Assembly: GCA_964019335.1 (NCBI GenBank)
Contig: OZ025741.1
Span: 1-64,000 of the forward strand
DNA: 64,000 bases
DNA from: Diplonema japonicum
Lineage: Eukaryota > Protista > Euglenozoa: Diplonemea
Reading direction: 5' to 3'
In this document: in pieces, positions 33,601-41,317 of the stretch
Numbering within the stretch: the stretch's first letter is position 1
How the letters are laid out: every line of letters begins with the position of its first letter
Program-made: the position numbers and the translations under genes
The notes under the pieces: model-generated
Seen by the model: only the letters and a program-made list of their open reading frames with translations
The model's database searches: none
Told to the model about the DNA's origin: nothing

Positions 33601-36600
33601 CCACCAGCCTTGCTTGCAATCGTTACATGCAACACCATCCCAGTAACCAAGGACTGGGTTGGTATGGCAGTTACACAAACCACTCATACAAGTCCCATGC
33701 ACACAAAAGCAAGGTGCTTCAGAAGGTACCGCAGTCGGCAGAAGAGGAGCTGCCGTCAACGGACTTGGAGTTGATGGGGTAAGCGTAAGCGGGCTCCCAG
33801 TTAAAGGGAAAGGTGTTAGCGGGCTCCCGGTTAGAGGGATAGGTGTTAGCGGACTCCCAGTCAAAGGGATAGGTGTTAGCGGGCTCCCGGTTAGAGGGAT
33901 AGGTGTTAGCGGACTCCCAGTTAAAGGGATAGGTGTCAGCGGGCTCCCAGTTAGAGGGAAAGGTGCTAGCGGACTCCCGGTTTGAGGGAACCCAGTTAAA
34001 GGGAAAGGTGTTAGCGGGCTCCCGGTTAGAGGGATAGGTGTTAGCGGGCTCCCAGTTAGAGGGAAAGGTGTTAGCGGACTCCCGGTTTGAGGGAACCCAG
34101 TTAAAGGGAAAGGTGTTAGCGGGCTCCCGGTTAGAGGGATAGGTGTTAGCGGGCTCCCAGTTAGAGGGAAAGGTGTTAGCGGACTCCCGGTTTGAGGGAA
34201 CCCAGTTAAAGGGAAAGGTGTTAGCGGGCTCCCGGTTAGAGGGATAGGTGTTAGCGGACTCCCAGTCAAAGGGATAGGTGTTAGCGGGCTCCCGGTTTGA
34301 GGGAAAGGTGTCAGCGGGCTCCCAGTTAAAGGAAAAGGTGTTAGCGGGCTAGATGTCGGTGGAACTGATGTGACAGGATTTGGGGTTTGCGGACTCGTTG
34401 TTGAATTCGGAGGTGTTAAGGTGGGTGTCAAAGGGATGCCTGTAGGAGGGACTTGAGTATGAGGGCTGGGAGTAGGTGGACTGAGTGTCGGTGAAAAAGT
34501 TGGAATGAGGGTAAGGGGAGCATGTGTCACAGGAGTAAATGTGAGCGGGCTGAGGGTTGATGGAACAGCTGTAGAAGTGAAGGTTGGACTGGGTGTTTGT
34601 ATTTGCGCAGGTGCTTGCGTCAGAGGAACAAGTGTTGATGGACTTGCTGTGAGAGGACTGTGTGTTTGTGGAACGGGAGAGGGCGGGAAAGGCGTTGGAG
34701 GACTTGAAGTTGTCGGGTTGGGTGTTTGTGGAACAGGTGTGAGTGGACTTACTGTCGGAGGTGATTGAGTTGACGGGCTTGGCGACAGAGGAGTGAGAGT
34801 AAGTGGGCTGGGTGTGAGTGGGGCAGATGTTGAAAGAACTAGTGGGGGTAAGGTAAGTGGGCTTGATGTAGAAGGTGCGGGTGTAAGTGGGCTGGACGTG
34901 GATGGGATCGGTGGGTTCGCAGTTGGCGGAATAGATGTTAGTGGAGCACCTGTTGATGGGCTAGCTGTCGATGGAAAAAGGGTCAGTGGACTGGAAGTAA
35001 GTGGAATAGGTGTCGGCGGGCTAGCTGTTAGGGGGGACGCAGTGGGAGGGAAAAATATTAATGGGCTGGATGTAAGCGGAATAGAAGTTGGTGGAACTGG
35101 TGTCAGCGGACTGGCTGTTTGGGGAAACGGTGTGAGTGGTGACAAGGTAGGCGGATTGGGTGTTATTGGAATCGGAGTCGGCGGGTTTAGCGTCAGCGGA
35201 CTAGCTGTTGACGGGCTTGCAGTTGGGGGAAGAGGGGTTAGTGGGTTAGGTGTTGGAGGGAAAGGAGTCAGTGGGTTGGGTGTCAGTGGGACAGGTGTCA
35301 GCGGACTTGCTGTTTGAGGGAACGGAGTCGGTGGGCTAGGTGTTGACGGGCTTGCGGTTTGCGGGAAAGGAGTCGATGGGGCAAGTGTTGAAGGAAGAGG
35401 GGTCAGTGGGTTAGGTGTTGGAGGAAAAGGGGTCGGCGGGCTAGGTGTTGACGGGCTTGCAGTTGGCGGGAAAGGAGTCAGCGGGTTGGGTGTCAGTGGG
35501 ACAGATGTCGGCGGACTTGCTGTTTGAGGGAATGGAGTCAGCGGACTAAGTGTCAGCGGGCTAGGTGTTGGCGGGCTTGCAGTTTGCGGGAAAGGAGTCG
35601 ACGGGGCAGGTGTTGGTGGGCTTGCAGTTGGAGGGAAAGGAGTCAGCGGGCTAGGAGTCGGCGGGAAAGGGGTCGGTGGGCTAGGTGTTGGAGGGGAAAG
35701 AGTCAGCGGGCTAGGTGTTGGAGGGAAAGGGGTTGGTGGGCTTGAGGTAGGAGGGAAAGGAGTCGGCGGGCTAGGTGTTGGCGGGAAAGGGGTCGGTGGG
35801 TTAGGTGTTGGCGGGCTTGCGGTTTGAGGGAAAGGGGTCGGCGGGCTTGGCGTAGACGGAATTGGCGTTGGCGGGCTAGGTGTAACATCAAAACACGCAT
35901 TGGACGACGGGACAGCAGTTGCCTGGAACACTACAGATGGGGCACTCGGGGACGGGGGCTCAGCAGAGCTATCACACGTCCAAGACAAACCAAAACCAGT
36001 GCGCGGCACCTCGTTCCCGGAGGTGAAGATGATGACAACGTCGCCGCGGACGGAGGGCTGGTAGGTGGGGACAGTCGTCCCACAGAAGTTGGGGCTGTAG
36101 ATGGAACCTTGCATGGCGAACAGCAAGAAGTCCATCGTGCACCTCCCGTCGGTGGACTCACCGATGTCAATGAACGAGTAGGTCAGATGGACTTGTGTCG
36201 CGCACTGAATCCGCCAGCAAACATTCTGACTGTTCTCATAAGTCCCAGACGCGGGGTAGGTAAGAGACCCGCTGGACATGAAGTCAGATTTATACATAGA
36301 GCAGCTCGGCACTGCCAAGGTGCCCGCCGCTGGCGTGGTGGGGTACGCCCAAGCACCGCATGACCATGACAGTTCGAACCCGGCATCTCCAGTACAAAGA
36401 TCGGAGTGGAGGTGAATGACAACGTCCCCAGGGTGGTAGTAGATCGTTCCGGGCGGTTGACAGACTCGCTTCTCCTCTCCGCTACTGTCATAAAGCGCAA
36501 CGTAGTCCCAGAAGCAACCGTGAACGGGCTCTGTGGAGACGGATAGCCACGAGATGCTGAGCTGGCCGTTGCAGAGGATCCTCCAGCACTTGCGTTCCCC

Positions 36601-37164
36601 TTCGTTGTAGTTTCCGGACGATGGGTACTTCAGAGTCCCTGTGGGGGTACTGAAGTAGTCATGGTAAACGTGCGCGCATTGAGGCGGGTTCACGGTGAAT
36701 GCAATGCCGGGAATGGCACAGTGCCGCCAGGTCAATGCAAAGCCTGTGGAGTGGATCACAGTGTTCGAAGAGAAGTGGAGCACGATGTCACCGGCTACAG
36801 TTGGCTGCCAGTCTGGGAGGGACCCGTCTGTCCCGCAGATCCGGTGGCTAGTTGATGAATCATAAACAGTAAGTGCATCATGGGAACACAGCACTCCCCC
36901 GTTATAAGGGCACATCCCAGTGGCACAAGGGTGCGTCGCTACACATAAAGCGTGGTCCTCGATCATCAAGCGAGTCCAGTCAAGGTGCACGTATGAGCTC
37001 CCCCCTTGGATCCTCCAGCACACAGACGCGGAGGGGCTATAGTCCGCCCCACTCCCTGGCCAGTCTATCGTCCCAGTCGGTGCAGTTGCATCTATTACAT
37101 ATGTTCCTCCACACACACCTGGGTTCAGCCCTACTACAGTGCCTAGCAAAGTTGCTAGTATCAT
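27664..37164 (-). CDS. CUBx3 - Pro/Thr stalk - laminin/EGF repeats - IPT-like - Cys-rich - multi-pass TM receptor-like protein, ~3141 aa
   Basis: Signal peptide, three CUB domains (CWRIxC..D.L..F.S....TGF.L.W), many CSGHGxC EGF repeats, 7 or more hydrophobic segments near the C-terminus. Two hidden introns, 31803-31843 (41) and 31618-31651 (34), restore an EGF repeat. Confidence 0.88.
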   Translation of the reverse strand: MILATLLGTVVGLNPGVCGGTYVIDATAPTGTIDWPGSGADYSPSASVCWRIQGGSSYVHLDWTRLMIEDHALCVATHPCATGMCPYNGGVLCSHDALTVYDSSTSHRICGTDGSLPDWQPTVAGDIVLHFSSNTVIHSTGFALTWRHCAIPGIAFTVNPPQCAHVYHDYFSTPTGTLKYPSSGNYNEGERKCWRILCNGQLSISWLSVSTEPVHGCFWDYVALYDSSGEEKRVCQPPGTIYYHPGDVVIHLHSDLCTGDAGFELSWSCGAWAYPTTPAAGTLAVPSCSMYKSDFMSSGSLTYPASGTYENSQNVCWRIQCATQVHLTYSFIDIGESTDGRCTMDFLLFAMQGSIYSPNFCGTTVPTYQPSVRGDVVIIFTSGNEVPRTGFGLSWTCDSSAEPPSPSAPSVVFQATAVPSSNACFDVTPSPPTPIPSTPSPPTPFPQTASPPTPNPPTPFPPTPSPPTPFPPTSSPPTPFPPTPSPLTLSPPTPSPPTPFPPTPSPLTPFPPTASPPTPAPSTPFPQTASPPTPSPLTLSPLTPFPQTASPPTSVPLTPNPLTPFPPTASPSTPSPPTPFPPTPNPLTPLPSTLAPSTPFPQTASPSTPSPPTPFPQTASPLTPVPLTPNPLTPFPPTPNPLTPLPPTASPSTASPLTLNPPTPIPITPNPPTLSPLTPFPQTASPLTPVPPTSIPLTSSPLIFFPPTASPLTASPPTPIPLTSSPLTLFPSTASPSTGAPLTSIPPTANPPIPSTSSPLTPAPSTSSPLTLPPLVLSTSAPLTPSPLTLTPLSPSPSTQSPPTVSPLTPVPQTPNPTTSSPPTPFPPSPVPQTHSPLTASPSTLVPLTQAPAQIQTPSPTFTSTAVPSTLSPLTFTPVTHAPLTLIPTFSPTLSPPTPSPHTQVPPTGIPLTPTLTPPNSTTSPQTPNPVTSVPPTSSPLTPFPLTGSPLTPFPQTGSPLTPIPLTGSPLTPIPLTGSPLTPFPLTGFPQTGSPLTPFPLTGSPLTPIPLTGSPLTPFPLTGFPQTGSPLTPFPLTGSPLTPIPLTGSPLTPFPLTGFPQTGSPLAPFPLTGSPLTPIPLTGSPLTPIPLTGSPLTPIPLTGSPLTPIPLTGSPLTPFPLTGSPLTLTPSTPSPLTAAPLLPTAVPSEAPCFCVHGTCMSGLCNCHTNPVLGYWDGVACNDCKQGWWGRTCTKQCEGGACDPCGGHGQCDGGVGGTGSCSCFSDTVRGHWTGRACGVCRDRWGGARCRLRCPDCSGHGACSNGQCLCDKGYENASNCLTCTSGWSIDRSGFCKSECLGGTAVGLPCSGHGQCTNGLCICDSDYWGVDCSGECKCSNAVCDPLTGKCKCKQHYAEPDCIQCEMGYGGSSCQQKCLCSGHGTCDDAGTCTCSSHWTGDHCDLLCPGIHAPCNNHGVCSTVNGKAHCTCDASPDLGFWLGSDCSTCQSNWWGSMCKLTCPGCGTVGACYPIGKCGCAKRPKVTNDYCGDTCSLKCDSCSDPLRLGATCNRVCPGYPIECSGHGNCDAGVRGTGDCWCSYGWAGAACDLQCPVSFGQPCGGPIRGICEASGTCTCLRNWYGVSCDATCHVEQGVVCSGHGECAADTPTCVCGPGWQGPTCDVECPCGKYGLCTVGGGCECIGNFKFHGGTCSACLAGYAGDRCDLLCVNGQTSTGGTRCLCDSYYSGVSCDSKCPESSSGICNSHGTCIHGSQYPASSCKCSLDWYGKTCDVMCVAERCVAQGLQHAQCGVNGECVCQDNAGGHWTGTQCDSCKDQWYACHSKPVNVLSLGGALTATWRVSAAGMVRATPTRVSANVTQVKHPAFSKAHDAVCARMGIWVRYVVNQYNITTQGCNQLEVPPTRIDLHLPIKKPVFMATDEEHSRLYVGFTSSVAEYQTYPWPPREVRSAVVNNAVGVWFSGGTGYILEQRNNTKHEILSFERRVGLIHISKKGEAQLQEHVVNVCAREGLVVTKDCNLWGMRGQSLEVKSSGVMQGCEYASCDGGKVTLCSEAACNEVDPTTGVASAVKISGRVAAVDKGAVLSCGAAAWVYHNGMGFLVSSNGWCAAAALTVDAANAAAYVFIQNEPSRPATVYKVRLGPDGGYYGRLTLNSILTTNAVNHEYVTITALDNSLRVIFSAGDHMGLSAFTLHEVSAIIPPVADNRGGTSLTIVLKGAENMTKFVEPYTCSFLEGGNVSDAEWLRSSMVTCDTKEVLQPSCEGDYVEIGMSSRYAISTESLRRYVPPMLKTVNNRYGLASTPTVITVTGTGFKKVPSAMCVFSDGSEHRLYRDAGIETQAAVVLPCTTTRKCRYAKRESVTAIHVPATVLDTATVLCTQPAIDTSLSVLSHIDVALDGQIYTGGALQYDILLKGAGIEAPDVYRAVVGSTPEPLRVYTVDGGRRSLEGATEGVENCTAEYVWNDTLVVLDVFEIRGGVGVVHDVLVWDILKGMEGGSVHTFEVTFKVAGTPWSDKTTFHIKQGPAKNIVFKVPCNTHPIPGQVFDPVVVGIVDALGNKVGTSGNIAKGTWLEVNGTRVALETITRVVVDGIATFDHMQPSLKSGFDYIFQVTLPNQPAIPPLLSPIVSVSDCIKTLYHIAGDVGCFPCPEGGQCNGSIYIIPQEGWWSPEVGANVFYRCRSDAVCLGGAASAAEEQCAEGSKGALCQGCNEGWARERAVNKPCLKCTSGDTTLAYLVIVGMLLVGCVLICGTLRSYRKNGTLGHRMVVIRTCIIWMQSLGKFYEYNNGFTEPIDSTLFWFSRASLFDVSLYRPFNCLAKTYFPVLEVYMLFPVTATVLATAVYLLLSVLPRKGERAIGELTFKLILGVSMTVSFVSCYPTMLTHYLAYQKCENFGDGHSPLWVDSSIDCTSAEYKVRKVIAAAMAYFTGAVLPIAFIFACKWLRGRDAHHWLMYLTGGFKNRYWYWIVVVLAREAALVAPALYATEWEDRTTQHYLAMYTMEISLVLQYYFMPFDVHLHNIIECASLAVNCVVVNLLLLTYIHDFEGVVKSIMMYVLSILCFGMLLAFLFAMLPDPVRWEVERRVSSLWRGSEMEFKLSVDTVPLATPLDLSLPEIQYDTVQRPVSYRRESCSMVSTASLDTSLSVPNRNSMSLSSPPLFFLDPPNRSRRHSVGNRSRRSTLPPLMFTPPDASLGSPTPSASSQVSQFQI
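33730..35890 (-). repeat. Coding 15/30-bp tandem repeats (SPPTPFPPTP, then SPLTPFPLTG) forming an extensin-like stalk
   Basis: Five/ten-residue Pro periodicity. The most homogeneous block is ~33790-34350. Confidence 0.9.
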
Positions 37165-37916
37165 CTCATGTACTCATTATGAGGAAAGTGCCGCACCTTG
37201 TGTAGAATAGGAACCGATTATCCTTTGAAGAGAAAAAGAAAGGGGAGGAGGAGGGGGACGGGGTAATGGTAATAGGGGACTGGGGGGGGTGACAAAAGAA
37301 AGAAGAAAATTGGTTGTGCGTGGGGGGGAAAAAAAAAAATATTGTCGTCCCTGCTTTTGCCGGCCATCACTCTGCGGTAGTGCGTCCGTGGTGTCGGCTA
37401 TGGAAAATAAAAAAAAGAGGGTGTGCAAGGGACACGCTTTTTTTTGTGTTTTCTTTTTTTTCTTTGTTCTTTTTTGTTTAAACCGAACAACCACGTCTCA
37501 TAAAAAAAGGGAAGGTGGGGAGGGGTATTGGGAAAAAAATCAGTACAAACAAATAAAAAACGGGATATTTGACAGATTGGTGGGAAACCCATTCTGCTTC
37601 TTTTTTTTTTTTTTATGAATTCTTGTGGCCCATTTTAATTTTTCAAGGGGGGAGGGGGACTTACAGGTAAAAAGGGGGAACAAGGGGGAGAGGGGGAACG
37701 TGGGGAAGAAGCTACAAACAAATGTAAACCCTCATATACTTAGGAACGCAAAACTTTTTAATTCTTTTAGGCTCCTCCTTTGGGGGCACAGAGGACATAA
37801 CACTAAAACCTACAACTGGGCTCTTTAAAAAAAAAAAAGTTTCCTGGATGAGAAGGGGGGGGGAGTTAATCACAAAGAGCGAAAAGAAAGGGGGGGAGTC
37901 TATCACTTCTTTAACT

Positions 37917-39380
37917 TCAGTAAGTCGACCTCGCTCTGGAGGGACTAGGCGACACCCGGTCGCGTCTCGGGCTCCCAGACCCAGGGGCAGGGTGGCCCTG
38001 AGGTCCCTCAAAGTACTCATCACCCCTATTCGCGATCTCGTTAGCAGTTGCATGGAACCCCCTCTCCCTCATCTCTTTTTCCATCGAGTGAGACTTGTGC
38101 CCTCCGATAATAGGCTCATAGGTAGGGTCGTTGTCTCCACCAATAGGGGCAGCACTTGGCGTAATAGGACCAGGGCTCGCTCCGTACACAGGCTGGCTGC
38201 GAGATCCCGGACCTCGGATGGGCGATACGCCGCCCTCTGCCTGGTACGTGGTGTAGGACGCTGTAGGTGCAGCAGTGGACGGTGGCTGGTAGCGGTGCGA
38301 CCCACCAGACGAGGACGCCTGGTACGGCATGCTTGGAGGCGACTGCTGGTACGGCATGCTCGGAGGCGGCTGCTGGTATGTGCTTGGTGGCGGCTGGTAC
38401 GGCACGCTTGACTGCTTCTGGTAGGGACTCGCCCCCCTGCTCGACGAAGGTCCCCCAACGTTCATGTATGACGGCGGCGGCTGCGACCTCGGCGACCCAG
38501 AGTACGACACCGCAGCAGGTGTATGTCCGGGGGAGTACGATCTCTGTGGGCTAGCAGACACACGGTCCCTTCTTGGACTCCCAGACCCAGGCGCTGGATG
38601 CCCCTGCGGCCCCTCGAAGAACCCGTCACCCTGGTTCGCAATATCGTTGGCACTGGCGTGCATCCCCCTTTCTCTCAGCTCCTTCTCCCACGAGTAGGAT
38701 TTGTGCCCCCCTATGATGGGCTCGTAGCTAGGGTCGTTGTCTACGCCTGCGATGCCGGGTCGCTGCGACGGGGCGTAGGTGGTTTCTTGGTACGTAGGGC
38801 TCGCGCTGCGTGTGACAAACGATGCCTGGCTCGCTGGCACGGAGGGGGCGCGGTTGGCTTGAGACGTGTAGCTGGGCTGCAAGGTGTAGGCAGGCTGTGT
38901 CTGTGCGTAGACGGGGCTCGTGCTGCGCACCGGCTGTTGGGACATGTAAGAGGGCTGCTGGGTTGCGGTCACTGGACCATGACCTCTGGGTGGCGACACA
39001 CCGCCCTGGGAGAGACTGCCTGCAGGGGCATAGGTTGTGTGCCCACCCGCGCCGCCTGGACCCGATGGGGACCCGTACCCAGTGCCGTAGCTCAGCTGTT
39101 GCTGCTGCGGCGGCGAGTTCCTGGGCGACCCACCGTAGGACTCCGCTGCAGGGGTGTGCCCAGGGGAGTACGAGGAGCGCTGGGGACTGGCAGAGAGACG
39201 GTCCCTCCTCGGGCTCCCAGACCCAGGGGCAGGGTGGCCCTGAGGTCCCTCAAAGTACTCATCACCCCTATTTGCGATCTCGTTAGCAGTTGCATGGAAC
39301 CCCCTTTCCCTCATCTCCTTTTCCATCGAGTAGGACTTGTGCCCTCCGATAATAGGCTCATAGGTAGGGTCGTTGTCCAT
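37917..39380 (-). CDS. Hypothetical protein with three ~60-aa repeats, ~487 aa
   Basis: DNDPTYEPIIGGHKS..EKEMRERGFHATANEIANRGDEYFEGPQGHPAPGSGSPRRDR occurs three times, separated by P/S/Q/Y-rich linkers. ATG at 39380 follows an A-rich leader. Confidence 0.8.
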   Translation of the reverse strand: MDNDPTYEPIIGGHKSYSMEKEMRERGFHATANEIANRGDEYFEGPQGHPAPGSGSPRRDRLSASPQRSSYSPGHTPAAESYGGSPRNSPPQQQQLSYGTGYGSPSGPGGAGGHTTYAPAGSLSQGGVSPPRGHGPVTATQQPSYMSQQPVRSTSPVYAQTQPAYTLQPSYTSQANRAPSVPASQASFVTRSASPTYQETTYAPSQRPGIAGVDNDPSYEPIIGGHKSYSWEKELRERGMHASANDIANQGDGFFEGPQGHPAPGSGSPRRDRVSASPQRSYSPGHTPAAVSYSGSPRSQPPPSYMNVGGPSSSRGASPYQKQSSVPYQPPPSTYQQPPPSMPYQQSPPSMPYQASSSGGSHRYQPPSTAAPTASYTTYQAEGGVSPIRGPGSRSQPVYGASPGPITPSAAPIGGDNDPTYEPIIGGHKSHSMEKEMRERGFHATANEIANRGDEYFEGPQGHPAPGSGSPRRDRVSPSPSRARSTY

Positions 39381-39636
39381 CTTTTTTCTTTTCTCGTTTT
39401 CTCCTTTTTTCTTTTTGTTCCCGTTTCTATTGTTGATTAAAATGTAGCGCAAGACAAGTAAAACACAAAAAGAGGGGGGGAGGACTATCTCGAAAGAGAC
39501 GAAATCAAGGTAAGAAAAAAAAAACTCTAAAGAAAGTTTTTAAAAAATTCTTAGTCTTTTTTATGACCCCCTCCTCCTCCCGAGAACGTACCATATTATG
39601 AGATAAAAAAAAAAAGCAAAAAAAAAAAAATCTAAT

Positions 39637-40623
39637 CTAAGAAGCGATGTTCTTTGCAGCGAGAAACTTTTGCCGACACATGAGTAAGGTAATCAAACGG
39701 AAATGCTCGTCCCCCCATGTCTCCTCGAAAAACCGGACGAACCTGTTTCGGATAAAAGCGCCGATGTGGAGGTAGTACCGAAGCCGGGGGCTGCGGTACA
39801 CAATGACGGCCCAAGTCCGGCACGACAGCTCAGCACCGCGCACATCCCTCGGGGACAAATACGACAAGATGAGACACTCCACTTCGTAAACACACGTCAC
39901 ACCAGTAAACGGAAAGTACGTCTCATCACCCGAGGGCCCTATTGGGTCGCCAGCTTCACGTGTCACACGGGTTTCACGAATCAATAAACTTCTGTCAATA
40001 TCCGCAGGCTGCACTTCATCGTCAACAAGTGTAAAGCGTCTCCTCTTCGTGCAGGCTAGCAACATTTCTAAAGGACAGGGTTTGCAGTAGAACGCGGTGA
40101 GCATTCGTGTTTTGGTCTTGCAGGTGTTTGGAGTGCACCACCCTGGTGATGGGTTTTCCAAAGATGTTGCCAACTGTTTAGCTTGCTGTTTGAACCACGG
40201 ATCGCACGCCCACAGAATTGGGTCGAATGGGATGAGCGCAGTTATTAGAGGAGCTACCCCACACAAACAGGTTTTATCTGTCAAAAATTGTGTGGAAAAC
40301 GCGTTTTTCACATCGGAGTGAACGGAGGTTATTTCCCTGTCGACCCAGTGAGACACGATCCTCATGATTACCGGCGGGAACAGTGCCAGGGCGATCTCGG
40401 TACAGTCGTTGCCCGGAAATGCTTTTTTCACAACTAGTTCGCACATCCTGTGCCATATGTGGACCAGTGGGATCTCGTTTATCTTACCTCCTTTTAACCC
40501 CAATACTTCTAATGCGATGTCTATCCTCTTCTTGCGGACTCTCTCTTCGTCCCGGCTCCTCGTGTATCCCTCCTCTATCCTTCTTAGCTTCACTAAGAAC
40601 TTGCTTGCTGCGGGAAGATCCAT
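39637..40623 (-). CDS. Hypothetical protein with C-terminal F-box-like motif, 328 aa
   Basis: VYEVECLILSYLSPRDVRGAELSCRTWAVIV fits the F-box pattern E..ILSYL..D......C+.W. Confidence 0.65.
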   Translation of the reverse strand: MDLPAASKFLVKLRRIEEGYTRSRDEERVRKKRIDIALEVLGLKGGKINEIPLVHIWHRMCELVVKKAFPGNDCTEIALALFPPVIMRIVSHWVDREITSVHSDVKNAFSTQFLTDKTCLCGVAPLITALIPFDPILWACDPWFKQQAKQLATSLENPSPGWCTPNTCKTKTRMLTAFYCKPCPLEMLLACTKRRRFTLVDDEVQPADIDRSLLIRETRVTREAGDPIGPSGDETYFPFTGVTCVYEVECLILSYLSPRDVRGAELSCRTWAVIVYRSPRLRYYLHIGAFIRNRFVRFFEETWGDEHFRLITLLMCRQKFLAAKNIAS

Positions 40624-41317
40624 TTTTTTTAAACGCCCCTCCTTTTTTTTTTTAAAGAACTTTTTAAGGGGGGAGGGGGGTTTTTTTTAAAAAAAAAGGG
40701 GGGGGATAACAACAATATAGCGTGACGTGTAGGAAGAATACCAAGAAGAAAGAAGACAAAAAAGAAAAAAGAAATCTATGCAAAAGAGCTTGGAAAAAAA
40801 AAAAAAAAAAGGAATTCAAAAAATAAAATTTCAAATGTGCAGTGGGGATGCTCCGGACAGCTTCTGGGCTAGAAACAAGCGTAGCCGTGCTTGCAATGTC
40901 AGATAGCTCCGTGAGCTGGTCTAGGCCATTGAGGACGGATCTCGGCTCAGTCTCGGTTAGCTCCGACTCTGCTTCTTGGAACCCCGTGCCACACGCCAGT
41001 ACTGGCTAGTTCACGTCAGGACATCTAATTAAAAGTCTTAAGAAGAAAATACTAAAAAAAAAAAAAAAAAAACCTTTACTTTTTCTAACTGAATCGTCCA
41101 ATTTACATCATATCGGCGCTCTTGCTAACGACCACAGGAAAAAAAAAGAAAACTAAAAAAGGGGGAGGACAATAATGACAATGAAAAAAAAAATGAAAAA
41201 TAGTTGACGTTGAAGGGAGAAAATATAATAAAAGGAAAAAAAAAAGAAAAGAAAAAAAAAACACACAAAATCTATCCGAATAAAAAAAGAAAAAGAAAAA
41301 AAATCACGAAATTACAT

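Noticed and set aside
33730-35890. Regular 30-bp repeats resembling a CRISPR array
   Set aside because: No unique spacers. The repeats are in-frame coding sequence of a eukaryotic gene and there are no cas genes.
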